A stretch of DNA of 64,000 bases from Botryllus schlosseri. Its lineage: Eukaryota. Of this stretch, positions 38,707 through 50,640 are shown piece after piece. Positions within the stretch are counted from its first letter, which is position 1. Every line of letters starts with the position of its first letter. Below the pieces are notes generated by a model. It had not been told where the DNA came from. It made no database searches and saw nothing but the letters and a program-made list of their open reading frames with translations. The position numbers and the translations under genes were made by a program. Where the stretch lies: NCBI GenBank assembly GCA_051294905.1, contig CM119372.1:33482001-33546000 (forward strand). The letters are read 5' to 3'.

Positions 38707-41051
38707 ATATTCAGGATAGTCTCCACATAGTTACGGAGACACATGCGCGACCCGCGATTACCGTTACCAGTTACCTGTTCTGGAATTCATGTATCGAAAG
38801 TTATAAATTGAAATTGGCCTCGGATGACGCTTAAATGTCTTCTTATTTGGGAAATTTGTCCCATTTTTCTTTAAAAGGGATTTAAATGCCATGAAACATG
38901 CGACTGCGACGCGCTGAGTCAAGGTGGTCACCTTCTTTTACTGAACACAATACTATCGGTCGAAAACATTTCAAAATCACCAATTTTCTTGGAGCTGTCA
39001 GAATTTATAATAAGTTGGCCTCTTTTGCGATCTCAAAATATCGCTATAACCCTATTTTAAAGGGTATAAATGAGTTTTGGGTAGTGAGGAATGGAGACAA
39101 AAAGGTTGGGAACCACTGCCTTAGTTGCTTATGTTTGCATTGACAAACATCGGGTGTGACTGATAATACACAACTAAAATCGAGTACCCGTCATAATATT
39201 TGATTTTTTTCTTCATATTTTTATTTATGTTTCTTCGGTATTGTTAAGTAAATACGTTCATTGCACGATTTAACTATAAGCACAATGTTTTAAGTGACGT
39301 GATCGTATAGAACAGTGCTTTGCAGGCCTTTTAAGCGCCATCTGCAATTTTGTTTTGCAAAAGAAATTATATCCACACAAAACGAACCGAGAACTGCTGT
39401 GCAAAAGAAAATGCAGATACTCAACAATCGTTTGTTTGAACGTGTAGCAAGTAGTCTACCGGCTTTGACCATCATGGGTCTCATTAAAAAGACAACTCTT
39501 TTCCCTCGTTTTCATTTCAATTATAGTTAACAAAAGTCCTTTTCGATCAAATAAGTTTTTTGGTTATGTACGAGAACTTCCTGTGCATGGGTGGAAAGTT
39601 CTTTAAAAGAACTATCCAGCACTCGTATCCAACATACAGCATATTGTCGACGAGTGGAAAATGATTGCTGACGGAAATCGTTTTAAGACTATGACAAAAA
39701 GGTCCCAGAGGCTCCAGTTCCTCGGACAGTGCATGATCCACATCTTTGTCTATTACTGCTTCTGCCTGATTGGCAGATTGGAAAGTGAACTTCATATGTG
39801 TTGAACAGATTCTCTAGTGGCCACATGATAAGCCATCACCTTATTGTACGCTGCTCTAACTTACATTCTGTTTGCCCTTTTTCCAACTCACTTCTAGACC
39901 AGGAGAGCAAATAAAATCGCGACACTGCGTGTTCGACATATTAGCTAAATCTTCGTCGAAAGTTGATAGCAGTTTAATTAACTTTAAAGCAGGGGTTCTT
40001 AAACTTTTTATACCACTACCAAAATCAGAGTTTGAGTGGCATCTCGCCATCTATAGGCTAAGCCTCACAAAATAAAAATAATGGATTTTTTGGTATGATA
40101 CGTTTTTACGGGCATGTATGACATAAAGAATACGCGCACAACAGCAGGACGCTACGCAGCTGTATCAAAAATGTCGCACGCAAGCGGTTTCAAATCGGGG
40201 TGCATTATTTACCTCTGCGTGTCGCATTTCTAACGCACTTCTACTACTCCTACTCATATCGCAAGATTTCGATTATTTGGTGCCGATCATTTTGACGACC
40301 GTAGGCCTACATATCAATATTCAAGGTTCATCCCTACTCGTGACGGTCATTTTTGGTCAAGGTGTTATCGCCGCCGATCTCTTTGGAACCGAAATTTGCC
40401 CAGCAGTGTGTTGATCAATATTTCGTTTCTTCATGTGCATCGGCGCAGAAGGGGTTGTACTCGAAATGCCTGTTTGCCATAGTTCCTCACCCGATCGTTG
40501 CACTCCCTTACACTAAAGCGCCCACGCGGCAGTTTTTAGAGATACCAATTTCAGACCAATCTTATCATGAATTCAAAGCGATTTGTGACTTACAAATTTC
40601 GGCACGTTTTCATGATCAAGTGATTTTATATAGTAACGACGTTTCCACGTGTCTCTGATATTGGCCATAGTACCTAACACGGTGACCTCGGCAATGGACC
40701 AACTATCCATAGGAAATCGTCCGTAGCACGAATAATTCTTTTGGTGCGAGCATAATTCACGAAATATTACATACATAATAAAATATCACTGTGGTGCCGT
40801 TGCCACCTAAAATCAAACAACCATTCGCAACCAATGTTTTGGTTTCGATCAATACTTCAATGACCGCTGCCGTGAAGGAAGAACAATTTGCATTACGTTA
40901 CCATGTTAAAAATGTGAGTCTGTAATGAAAGTACTTAATACGATGTATGTATGCATGTATGTATAATTGGAAATGGTGCGTATAACTGCGGATGGTTTTT
41001 TGCACCACGTCATTTCAAAAGCGAAACTTTTATACTGTAGTACATATAGAC

Positions 41052-43037
41052 CAGTGGTTCCCAACCGCGGCCCTGAGGGCCGCATGCGGCCCCCAGCTAG
41101 CCTTTCTGCGGCCCCCACAAAAATACTGAGAACTCGATCTATGAAAAAATATATATATTTATAAAATATTCATGCTCGGCTTGGAGTCTGGAGTTTTCAA
41201 TTAGGATTGCAGGAAAGTTGTGAGTAGACTGATAGGATTACGTCACTGCTGTTTCAATGCAATGTGCCCTAACTTTCCAGTTGAACGAGCAGTACCTATA
41301 GATATAGGTATAGATATAGGTATTGACAGGACCGTAGCTGCCGCACCCCAAGTCCCCCAATTGGGGGGAACGAGCCCGAAGGGGGCCCAAAATTATTTAG
41401 TTATTATTATAGAGTATTTTATGAAATTTTATGCAACTTTTTCAAATTTTTTTCCCGCTGCGCGCGATTTCAAGTTCCCAAGTACCTTCACTATTGGATA
41501 CTCTTCCACCAAGATATAATACGCAAGATTTATAGAAGTGGGCATATCGGCGTTGGCCATTGCCGTGTCATGACGCACGAAGACATATAAAGTCTTAGGC
41601 CATATAACATGCGACTCCAAGAAGTGTGCCAGAACGATCGACAGCGAGAAAACCTTTGCCGAAGAGGACTGCCCTTACGCTGACTGGAAACGTCGTTATG
41701 TATATTCAAAATACATATAGGTGTAATTGACCATAGGTGCCTAAATGACTGGCGCCGAATATTCCTGTCTTGGAAATCTGAACCTCACGAGACAAATAGG
41801 CTACCACCCCGAAGGGAAGAATTATATGCCAGTGAAGAAATCGTGTGCATCTTTTAGTTTAGTATGTTTGGGCGATTCTATATTTTTTGATGTAGCAGAC
41901 TGGAGGTCACGAAATAACATCATGTAACGATAAGTCATACCAGCGGGTCCGCCCGTCCGAATATGTTTAATTATTATTTACGGGCCCTACAGTTTCCAAG
42001 ACACCTCACTCAGCTCTACCGGTAAATCTAATTACGTGAGCAGAGAGGACAAGTAATTGATAGCAATATATATGCAATTCCCAATCTTATTGACGTATTT
42101 TATTTTGAATTATCGAAATTTTTCGCGCTCAACGCTGGCTCACTAAATGGTGATCCTGATTTCTTGGCAGAAGCGAACAACGGGACGGGTGGATCGGTTT
42201 ATCATCCTATGGTAGCTCAACACCCAAGTGTTTTGAGGGGCATGACGAAGTGCTGTTTCGTTCCTGCCAACTGGTGTAAGCCCGAATATGAATAATTATT
42301 ATTGAGTGGCCCTACCTTTTCAAACACAACTCACTCGGCTCAACCGATCAATCTGATTACGTGATGAGAGAGAGAGGATAAAAATTGATACCAATATATT
42401 TTCAATTCCCGATTATATTGACCGATTCAATAATGAATTATAGAAATTCTTCGCGCTTCACGCGATTAGTCGAGAGAAGTCGCCTAAAACGGACACCCGA
42501 TTTAGATGATAAATAGCGGTAAACAGCCATCTGGCCTGAGGGGGCCAAGAGCAACGTTGGGGGGGGGGGGGGGGGGGGCGGCTGACGAAGTGCTGTTACG
42601 GCCCTGGGTATTGATAACTAATTTACGGATAGATGTGCAACAAGTGACTCACGATGAAATACACAGAGATACGTACTGCTTAGCCGGCAAAACAGCATAA
42701 TTGTTAGTCCTATAGCTCGCGACCCAAGCGTCCGAATAATTTGTTATGACGGTATTTATCGGAAGGAGGTGTCGCACTGATTACTAAAATACGAATTGAA
42801 ATCTCGCCAGGGCAATAAAACTACTCCGAAATAGCCAGCAAAGGTTGATTGTTCTGAACAACGGGAGCGCGGCAACACAATGACCAGTAGCGTCAAGCGG
42901 ATGATCGGAACAATGCGACTTTTCATATTTTGGTGACTATTTTGGGTTCCTCTCATTGACCTGGTATTCGTGCGGCCCCCACCGTACTCTGAAATTCTAA
43001 ATTTGGCCCTGCCACCGAAAAAGGTTGGGAACCACTG
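41052..43037. mobile_element. hAT (Charlie-like) MITE
   Basis: TIRs CAGTGGTTCCCAACC / GGTTGGGAACCACTG; perfect TSD ATATAGAC. Confidence 0.9.
41327..42606. mobile_element. hAT MITE nested in 41052-43037
   Basis: Ends CAGGACCGTAGC / GTTACGGCCCTG; perfect TSD GGTATTGA. Confidence 0.9.
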
Positions 43038-43770
43038 ATATAGACTGTCCTATTGTTATATTTCTCTACCGGATATTAAGACAAATTCAATTACTGGTGT
43101 AGGCTACTGGTATAAGGGCTAGATAGCGATCTAGAGAGCGATCTTCATTTCTCGTGCCTTTCGCACCGTTATTACGAGTTCATGATGATTGTGGAAATGA
43201 GGGTAGGCAGAAGGCCAATTTCACGCCCTTTGCCGCGTTCCGTGGCTCATATGTGCTGATTCAGTGTATGCCTGCCACTACACCCGATTTCGAACAAGAC
43301 GTTCGATTTCGTAATATTGATAGTGCACAAATATTATTTTAAAGTTTCAGGACACAATAATGCATAAAGGTAGCATTTATATGTAAGCCATTAGTATGCA
43401 TGTCAGATATTCAAGTAAACGCGATTAGTATTCATGTTAGCAGTGATTCGACGGCCACACGACATACTATATACGACATTCGACTCAATGGAATGAATGT
43501 CCTGGTCATTCGACTACTGAATTCACCGTATTCGCTCCTATGAAAATATTGTATGGACCCCACGCTGGCTAGCAAGCAAACGTCAGTTTCAATATTATTA
43601 TTTACATAATTGACCAAATGAAAAGGTGAAGCTATTTCCAATAGTATTTTGCGTCATGTCAACGTATGCAGCCTATGTTAACTTACATATCGATGCTCTC
43701 ATGAGTTCTCAAAACAAAGAAATCGAAATATCATTCAAGATATGAGCAAGTATGGTCCATCTTCACGACA

Positions 43771-46700
43771 CTATTTATCCGAGCCCGGTCGCACCCCGCT
43801 ATGTTCCGCCATTTCAACGTTTTCCTTCTTTGCGGGTTGCTGCGTTACCCTGTTCTCCCTCGGTGTCGGTGGTCTGCATATGCAGAAGATACCGCGCAAA
43901 GTGTGCTTGGTTGATTCACGTATAGACTACGAACCGATATTGTAGACGATCGGGTTGACAGATTCCGTGACGCTCAACAGTAACCTGTAAGTCAGTAAGA
44001 CTACTCTGCAGACGTGATGGCTGTCTGAAATACGGAATATGGTAAAAACAAGATAGCAGATCTTGGGAATGTATCCCAAAAGGAAAGAGGCAATGATCAA
44101 AGCAAGCTGCAGCAACGCGTCCCTGTCCTCTTTACGGAGTTGGTGATTTCCCGAGAGGTGTTGTCTTTTCGATCTCTGCGCAAGCAGCGACAATCCTATA
44201 GCAACGCACAGAATGATGATCAAAGCCACAAGAACAAAAGTTATGACGACAGCATCGATGATATTGAAAATACGAAACACCCACATGTCGGGTGGTCGGA
44301 AAAAGCAGACCAATTTCGTCGAATTAGCAGAGTATTTGACATCCAAGTAGTAAGCTGGAGTAGGAACAATAACTATGATGGCAACCACCCACACAGCCGC
44401 GGTTATCCGCTTGGGTCGTTTCAGAATCATGACCTTGCTAGCTCGATGGGGGCAATGAATAGCGTACATCCGCCAAAAAGAGAGTGTCAGCACTAGAGGG
44501 ACTGTTACAGCTGGCGTGAGAATCAGTATGGGATGCAGTGGCGGCTCGTGACAATATCGTGTGGTGGGGCAAGGGGTGTACGCGATTTTAATTGTCTAAA
44601 TGACGTCACAATAGTGTATTGCGACGTGAAAATGTGACTTCGTGATGGTCACACACAATTTGTATGGGGTATAGACATTAGGCATGGCATGGCATGGCCA
44701 TGGCCATGGTTAACAAAGATTACGCATTTCAAATTATTCGAGAGAAAATATGAAGTACAGTAGTTCATACCTGCACATTTTAACGTTTGTATCAGTAGGC
44801 CTATTGCGCGCGGCGTGATTTCATAGTTGAAAAATGTTCAACGACGAGTTCATTGAAATCTGGAATACCCAGAATGAGAGCGTAAGAATCGTGAGCACAT
44901 CTAACGCATCGAGCCTAATCACTGCAGCAAAGTTGATAAAAAGCGATTTTTCATAGGAATTTTACAAGTTCACTAGTGGTTACTACTACGGAAAAAGGTG
45001 TATTGGAATATAAACCAGTCAAATCGAGTTGAGCAATGTCGACCATCGGGTAATATCGAGACACCGTTTGCAGTAGCCCGCATGGTTCAGATCACGTTAC
45101 CCAATTTCGGTCGCACTAAAGACACTGTCCCCTGGCACCAGCAGTGTAAAAGTGTATTTGTATAACATGGCGTCCTCATCCTCGCTTATACGTCAGCCTT
45201 TCATTTTTTATCGAAGTACGTTGGGAAAAGGGTAAGAGTGCGCTTTCCTTCCGTGTACGTTTAGATCAATGGATGATTTCCAGGCTGATAAGGGCCGAGT
45301 CTAGTGTAAAAACACCGAATTTAGCGTAAAATATATTAAGGTATAGACTGATCAAGCGATCAGCTGTTGGCCGTCATCGAAAACGAACTAGGCCTATAGC
45401 TAACGTGCTTGACATAGGGATGTCAGCAAATGGCTTGAAGGCCACAATTTCACGGTAAAATTGACATTGGAGAATATAAAATAAAGTAAAGATTTGAATG
45501 CAAACCACGAATCTTAGTAACCTCATTTATGAGATCATCATCTCTTCACCTATCTCAGTATGAAACACAGTTAAAATTAGCACAGACCAACACAGGCTTT
45601 TGCGTGAAATCCGCAATGCGGTAGTTAGCATTAGGCCTGTGTCAGATCAGCACCCATCTCTACTATACTTGACCTCGACAACGAAATTAGTGTCCAAATC
45701 ATTGAGTGTCAACCTCAAGACTTGGCACAACGTTTGATACTGAAATCAAGACATATCGTCCAAAAGCTCAAGACCGATCTAGGTATGGAGCATCGTTAAA
45801 ATCGATAGAGACCAATACAGGTTTTGCGTAAAATCTGTTAGTGATAAATGGCGAGTCAGCTCTCACTCGACTCAGGAGACGAAATTACCACTCACATAGC
45901 TCCGTGATAAACTTAAAACTTGGTACGGCGTTCGATACTAACACTATGACTAACTATGCCAAATGTCATGACCGATCTGGGCATGAAACATCGTCAAAAT
46001 CAATGGAGACCAATATCCGCTTTTAAGTAAAATCTGTTTGTGATACATGACGGATTAGCACACTGTCAACGTTGGAAACGAAATTACTGCCCTACACTTT
46101 GATTAGCAACCCTGAAACTTGGAGCGGTGTTAAATACCACCTTCACGACATAACATACCAAGTTTCAAGAATTATCAATGGGTGAAACATCGCAAAAATC
46201 GTCCAATACCAGCTAAGGTCGACTCAACGCGTGTGCCGGTAACCGAGTTGAGATATAGATGCGATTGTTACATCACACCTTAGGGGCAACCAGGTAAGTT
46301 GCCCTACTTGCTCGGTAATTTTATGAATAGGAGAGAGTAAATCACCGTTTCTTTATTGTGCGCGGATTTTAGAGAATAGACAGTGAAAACTTGTTATGAG
46401 CGCTACTGGAGCAAGCCCCGGCTAGGCATTCACAAAGCGAAAACACAGAAGAGAATTCGATTTTCGTATAGACTGCGCTAGGTATGGGCATTCACAAGCG
46501 AAAGCACAAGAAGAATGCGGGTTTCGCTGTGATATCGGTATATATTGGTTGCTGTGCGTCTATAAATGGTAAATGATTGTTATTGAACAGCATTTTAGGT
46601 GGGGCAATGCCCCAGTTGCCCTATAGGACGAGCCGCCACTGATGGGATGCATCGCTTTGCAGATTGCTCTGTTCCAAGGATAATCTTTTCCAATCACGGA

Positions 46701-46982
46701 ATAGAGGAGCTGAGTTATGACGAAAGGCGTAGCAAGAATGGACAGTATATCGGAACAGCACAAGCTAATGATGATCACATTGAGAGGGGTTTGTTTCATT
46801 TTGAAAAGAGCCATCAGTGCAATTATATTCGAATCGAGTCCAAAAGTACACGTCGTCCCGAAAGCTGGTATAACTAAAGAGATCTCAATTTCCCTAATCC
46901 TTGGTGGAAGCTCAAGCGATGCAGTCGTTGCTAATGACATTTTTGGGTCGATTGCGTGTTTCGAAGTTGAACTATTCATCAT
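43771..46982 (-). pseudogene. Intronless class A (rhodopsin-like) GPCR, split in TM3 by a MITE and with a premature stop after NPxxY
   Basis: TM1 GLDSN, TM2 LCCSD. Removing 44536-46641 and one TSD gives in-frame CKAMHPILILTPAVTVPLVLTLSFWRMYAIHCP. TM6 FLLGYIP, TM7 NPIVY, TAG at 43927-43929, then an open tail SIRESTKHTLRGIFCIC... to a stop at 43771. Confidence 0.85.
44536..46641. mobile_element. hAT (Tip100-like) MITE inserted in the GPCR
   Basis: TIRs CAGTGGCGGCTCGT / ACGAGCCGCCACTG; perfect TSD ATGGGATG. Confidence 0.92.
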
Positions 46983-47653
46983 TAGCACGTATGGGATCTG
47001 ACTTTGCCTGTAAGATTGAAAGAACCAACTGTATTCCAGAAGATGTAATATTGATAGTCTTATATCTATTGGTTCGCGTCAGTAACGACGTACTTCCACT
47101 TCTTCGAAATACTCAGGTAGGTATTCTCTACTTGCAGTACTTACTCAAGTATATCTAAATTTCCGCTACTTCTACTTTTACTCCGTCACATATTGTTACA
47201 TACTTAGTCCTAGCGATTTTTTGTCAAATATAAACAGTTTGCTCTCACAACGTGAGAGAGAGAGAGCAATCCAGGGCTCGCTAGCCATATGGGGCTCTTT
47301 TACGCATCTACCCCGGCTACCTCTTTGCAGGTAAAGCAAAATAAATGTATATTGCATCAAAAATTTCATGAGATAATAATTATATTTAGAGATAATTGAT
47401 AATGGTATTGTTGCGCTTATGTAACTTCCGTGCAAGACTGCATTTTCAAATTGATTGTGGCGTTGAAGAGAGATATCAAAAAGTTCTCGAATGTTTTGCC
47501 CGCTAGTCGCATGTGATCACATGGTTGTCTTTCCAATCTCTAGTCCACAACAAAATCACTAACGCAAACACGTACCTAACTCGTCTTGTATTTCTTGCAA
47601 CAAACTTTATAGGACAAATTTAAGTGTTGGGCAGAATACTTCAACACCTTTAC

Positions 47654-47699
47654 CACCTGATGAAGGAGCGGCGCTCCGAAAGCTCGTGTACCTAATAAA
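47654..47699 (+). ncRNA. Minimal type I hammerhead ribozyme followed by a polyA signal (Penelope pseudo-LTR type)
   Basis: CAC-CTGATGA-A-GGAGC-GGC-GCTCC-GAAA-GCTC-GTG: intact core, 5-bp stem II, CAC/GTG stem I, AGCT palindrome, NUH=CUC; AATAAA at 47694-47699. Confidence 0.65.
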
Positions 47700-48690
47700 G
47701 TTATATTCATTCGCAAGTGGACGTTAAATAGAGTGTGAAAGCTGCCAAGGTCTTACGTTTATATAGATCGTCCGCCATCGGCGCAACAAAGTATTCAACA
47801 GAATATAAGGTAACGTTTCAAGTTAGTACAGACTATCCAGTCTCTATCAATTGTAGATACTCAATTTTGTTCTGCATGTCAGTAAGCGCCTGACTTCCCG
47901 ATGCTACGCAGAATTTCGCCTCGCTATACGGGCCCGCAAATCAGCTACATTTAGGGTTGTGTTTAAACCAAAAGACAATTTAAAACAAACATGATTAAAA
48001 CAAGGCTATTGTTTAAAACAGGTATTTTTCCAAGCTAGGACGCCACGCATATTCAATTGTGACGTCATTTTGGATTGATATTCACAATGGAAAATATGGG
48101 GTAAATATAGCTCATTTGATGAAATAGGCTTCCAACCCCTGTCATACCAACCAAAAATATCTTTAACCAGAACTACATCGTCTTCAGCCCTTTTTAGGGT
48201 CGGTGGTCATCACCATCACAACATTCACTCCGTACCAATGATCTATATATACGTACTATAGCTGTTGAAACGACTTTCGAGGGTTTCAACCATCCCATAT
48301 CGTATACGTCGGCTATGTCGGTCGGAAATCGTCGTCTGTAGGCTAATACAACATGTTTTAGAAAGTATTTACACAATTATGGCATAATTATACAAATTAA
48401 AAAATACATATTTTTTGAGAGGCCTTTGTTTAAAACACTGTTCGAAACATGTTTTAAAACAAAGTGTTTTAAACAACCATGTATCTTAAATGCAACCCTA
48501 CCTTTATCGGTGTATTAACATCCCGGCACATGGTAAACCTTTTTCATACAAATGACCACTTACATGCAGGGTAAAGTTGCAACCTGAATATTTTGCATTT
48601 TGTGAACACAAATGAGGCAAAATATTGTCCACTTAACGTTTCCTTACATGATTTCTACAATTTATTTCGTCACTACCGTTGCCGTTAAAC

Positions 48691-49939
48691 CAGACTTGGA
48701 CAAGTAGACAATTTTCAGCTTTTCCAAGTTAGATTAAAATTAGAATTAGAGCTACACAGTTTTTTCCAAATTATATTGAAATTAAAATTAGAGCTACACA
48801 GTTTTTTCCAACTTATATTAGAATTAGAATTAGAATTAGAGCTACACAGCTTTTTCCAAATTAGATTAGAATTAGAATTAGAGTTTCATAGTTTTTTTCC
48901 AAATTACATTAGATTAGGAATTAGAATTACTGAATTCGCAAAAACTTGGAAATTGAATGAAATTGCGAATGAGAATTAAATAGAGCAAAGTCCAAGTTCA
49001 GTTCATATCAAACAATAATGCATTCACATAAGCATTAGAATAGTTAACGTCTGTACACCAAGCTTGGTTCGTTTTGTACTATACCAGAGGTCACCAACAC
49101 GCGGGCCACATACGGTTGGTGATCTGATTTGTGATTTTGGATGGACGTGAAGCAAAAAATTTTGAAATGATGAAATTGATTTCAGTTTCAAATTATTATA
49201 GTTGTTTCAAAATTAGCTATTCGTCTCAACACACAAAAACACTGGTACCCACTAACTGGAACGGCTTCGGATATGGCAACAGCATTTCATCGATGGAGAG
49301 TCTGCTGATATGGGCATATTGCCTAAACGTGCAATGGCTCAGGCACTGCCAAGACGGAGACGCTTAGCAAATGGCTAAGGGCTTTCCCACAAGATCAATC
49401 ATTAGGATGAAATAGCTTTTCGGCTAGTAACATGTCTGACAAGCTCCAATATCGATTCATTAGTGGCTGGAAAGCGGGATCAGGTATCGTGCGAGGCTAT
49501 TAGTTCAAAATAAAATGAAGTTGTGATCATAATATTTCTTGTTTTATTTATTAAAATTACTTCTTTTGTGGTAACCATGTCCATCTCCCACGTAAGTGAG
49601 CACGGCGTTGTACTAACGTAAAGATTTAAAAACAGCGAATATTCGTCACAATAACCACTATGATTGAACGGTGTAAGTAATGCGATGGCGGTTTGGCACT
49701 GGATTTCCCTGCGAGAAAAAGATATTCTTGCTGCAAAATGCCGCGGAAAAAATGCATTTCCAGGAAAACAATAAATTAGATTAGAATTAAAATTACAGCA
49801 CAAAAACATTTACCAAATTGGATTAGAATTAGAATGAGAGCATAGATCGTTTCACAAATTAGATTAAAATTAGATTACTGGCATTTTGCTCTAATTTACT
49901 TGAATTGGAAAACTAGAATTATCTAGTTGTCCAAGTCTG
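48691..49939. mobile_element. hAT-type MITE with (TTAGAA)n arrays
   Basis: TIRs CAGACTTGGACAA / TTGTCCAAGTCTG; flanks CGTTAAAC / CGTTTAAC (7/8). Confidence 0.8.
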
Positions 49940-50294
49940 CGTTTAACTCCCACAATATACCAGTGTGTTTGATTATCCTGCGTCAAAACTCGTCCCCCAA
50001 ATTTCCTACAATATGATGACTGGGCAATTTTTTTACCTAAATAACGGAAGATTTTGACCAAAAATTTTTAAAAAACCTGATTTTGACCAAATTTTGACCT
50101 AACGTATGCAAATTAGGTGTTTTCCCACATAATGTTAATATTGTACTACTTATATTCATTTCTGGTTCGAACTGCCTGTCCTTACGAAGTAGTTCGGCCT
50201 GAAAAACTTTTTTGACTCAAGAACTGACAAATGTTTTCATGAAAAATCTTGATTTCAACGAAATCTGACCCTATGAAGAATTCCAGTAATTACA

Positions 50295-50640
50295 TAGGGT
50301 TACCATACGTACTCCGTTTTTGAAAAAGTCCTCCGAGGACGCCTAAATGTCCTCCTTTTTGAGATTTTGTCCTCTTTTTTGAGAATTTTGGTCAAATTTA
50401 GAGCAAAATTCGACGGAGATACCGTAAATAAGCACCGAAGTGACGCTCCGGCGGGTATTTCGGGAGCTGAGTGAGAAGTCGACCTTTTTTTTAGTCCACC
50501 ACCTGATAATGAGAAGTACAAAACAGTATTTTGGTCGCTGGGCGAAGTGGAAAAAATTTACCATTTTTTCAGGATTTTCCACCGGTATTCTAAGTTTGAA
50601 AATTTTGATTATTTCCCGATTCCAAAATATGGTAACCCTA
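50295..50640. mobile_element. hAT (Blackjack-like) MITE nested in another MITE; fragments of the family at ~7310-7680 and ~56790-57203
   Basis: TIRs TAGGGTTACCATA / TATGGTAACCCTA; interrupts a sequence that is contiguous in the related copy at ~3775-3795. Confidence 0.75.

Noticed and set aside
47952..48500. TAGGGTTG...CAACCCTA MITE
   Set aside because: The ends are inverted, but I found no matching TSD, so the boundaries are not asserted.
48730..48930. Telomere-like repeat or LELELE ORF
   Set aside because: (TTAGAA)n subterminal array of the MITE at 48691-49939.
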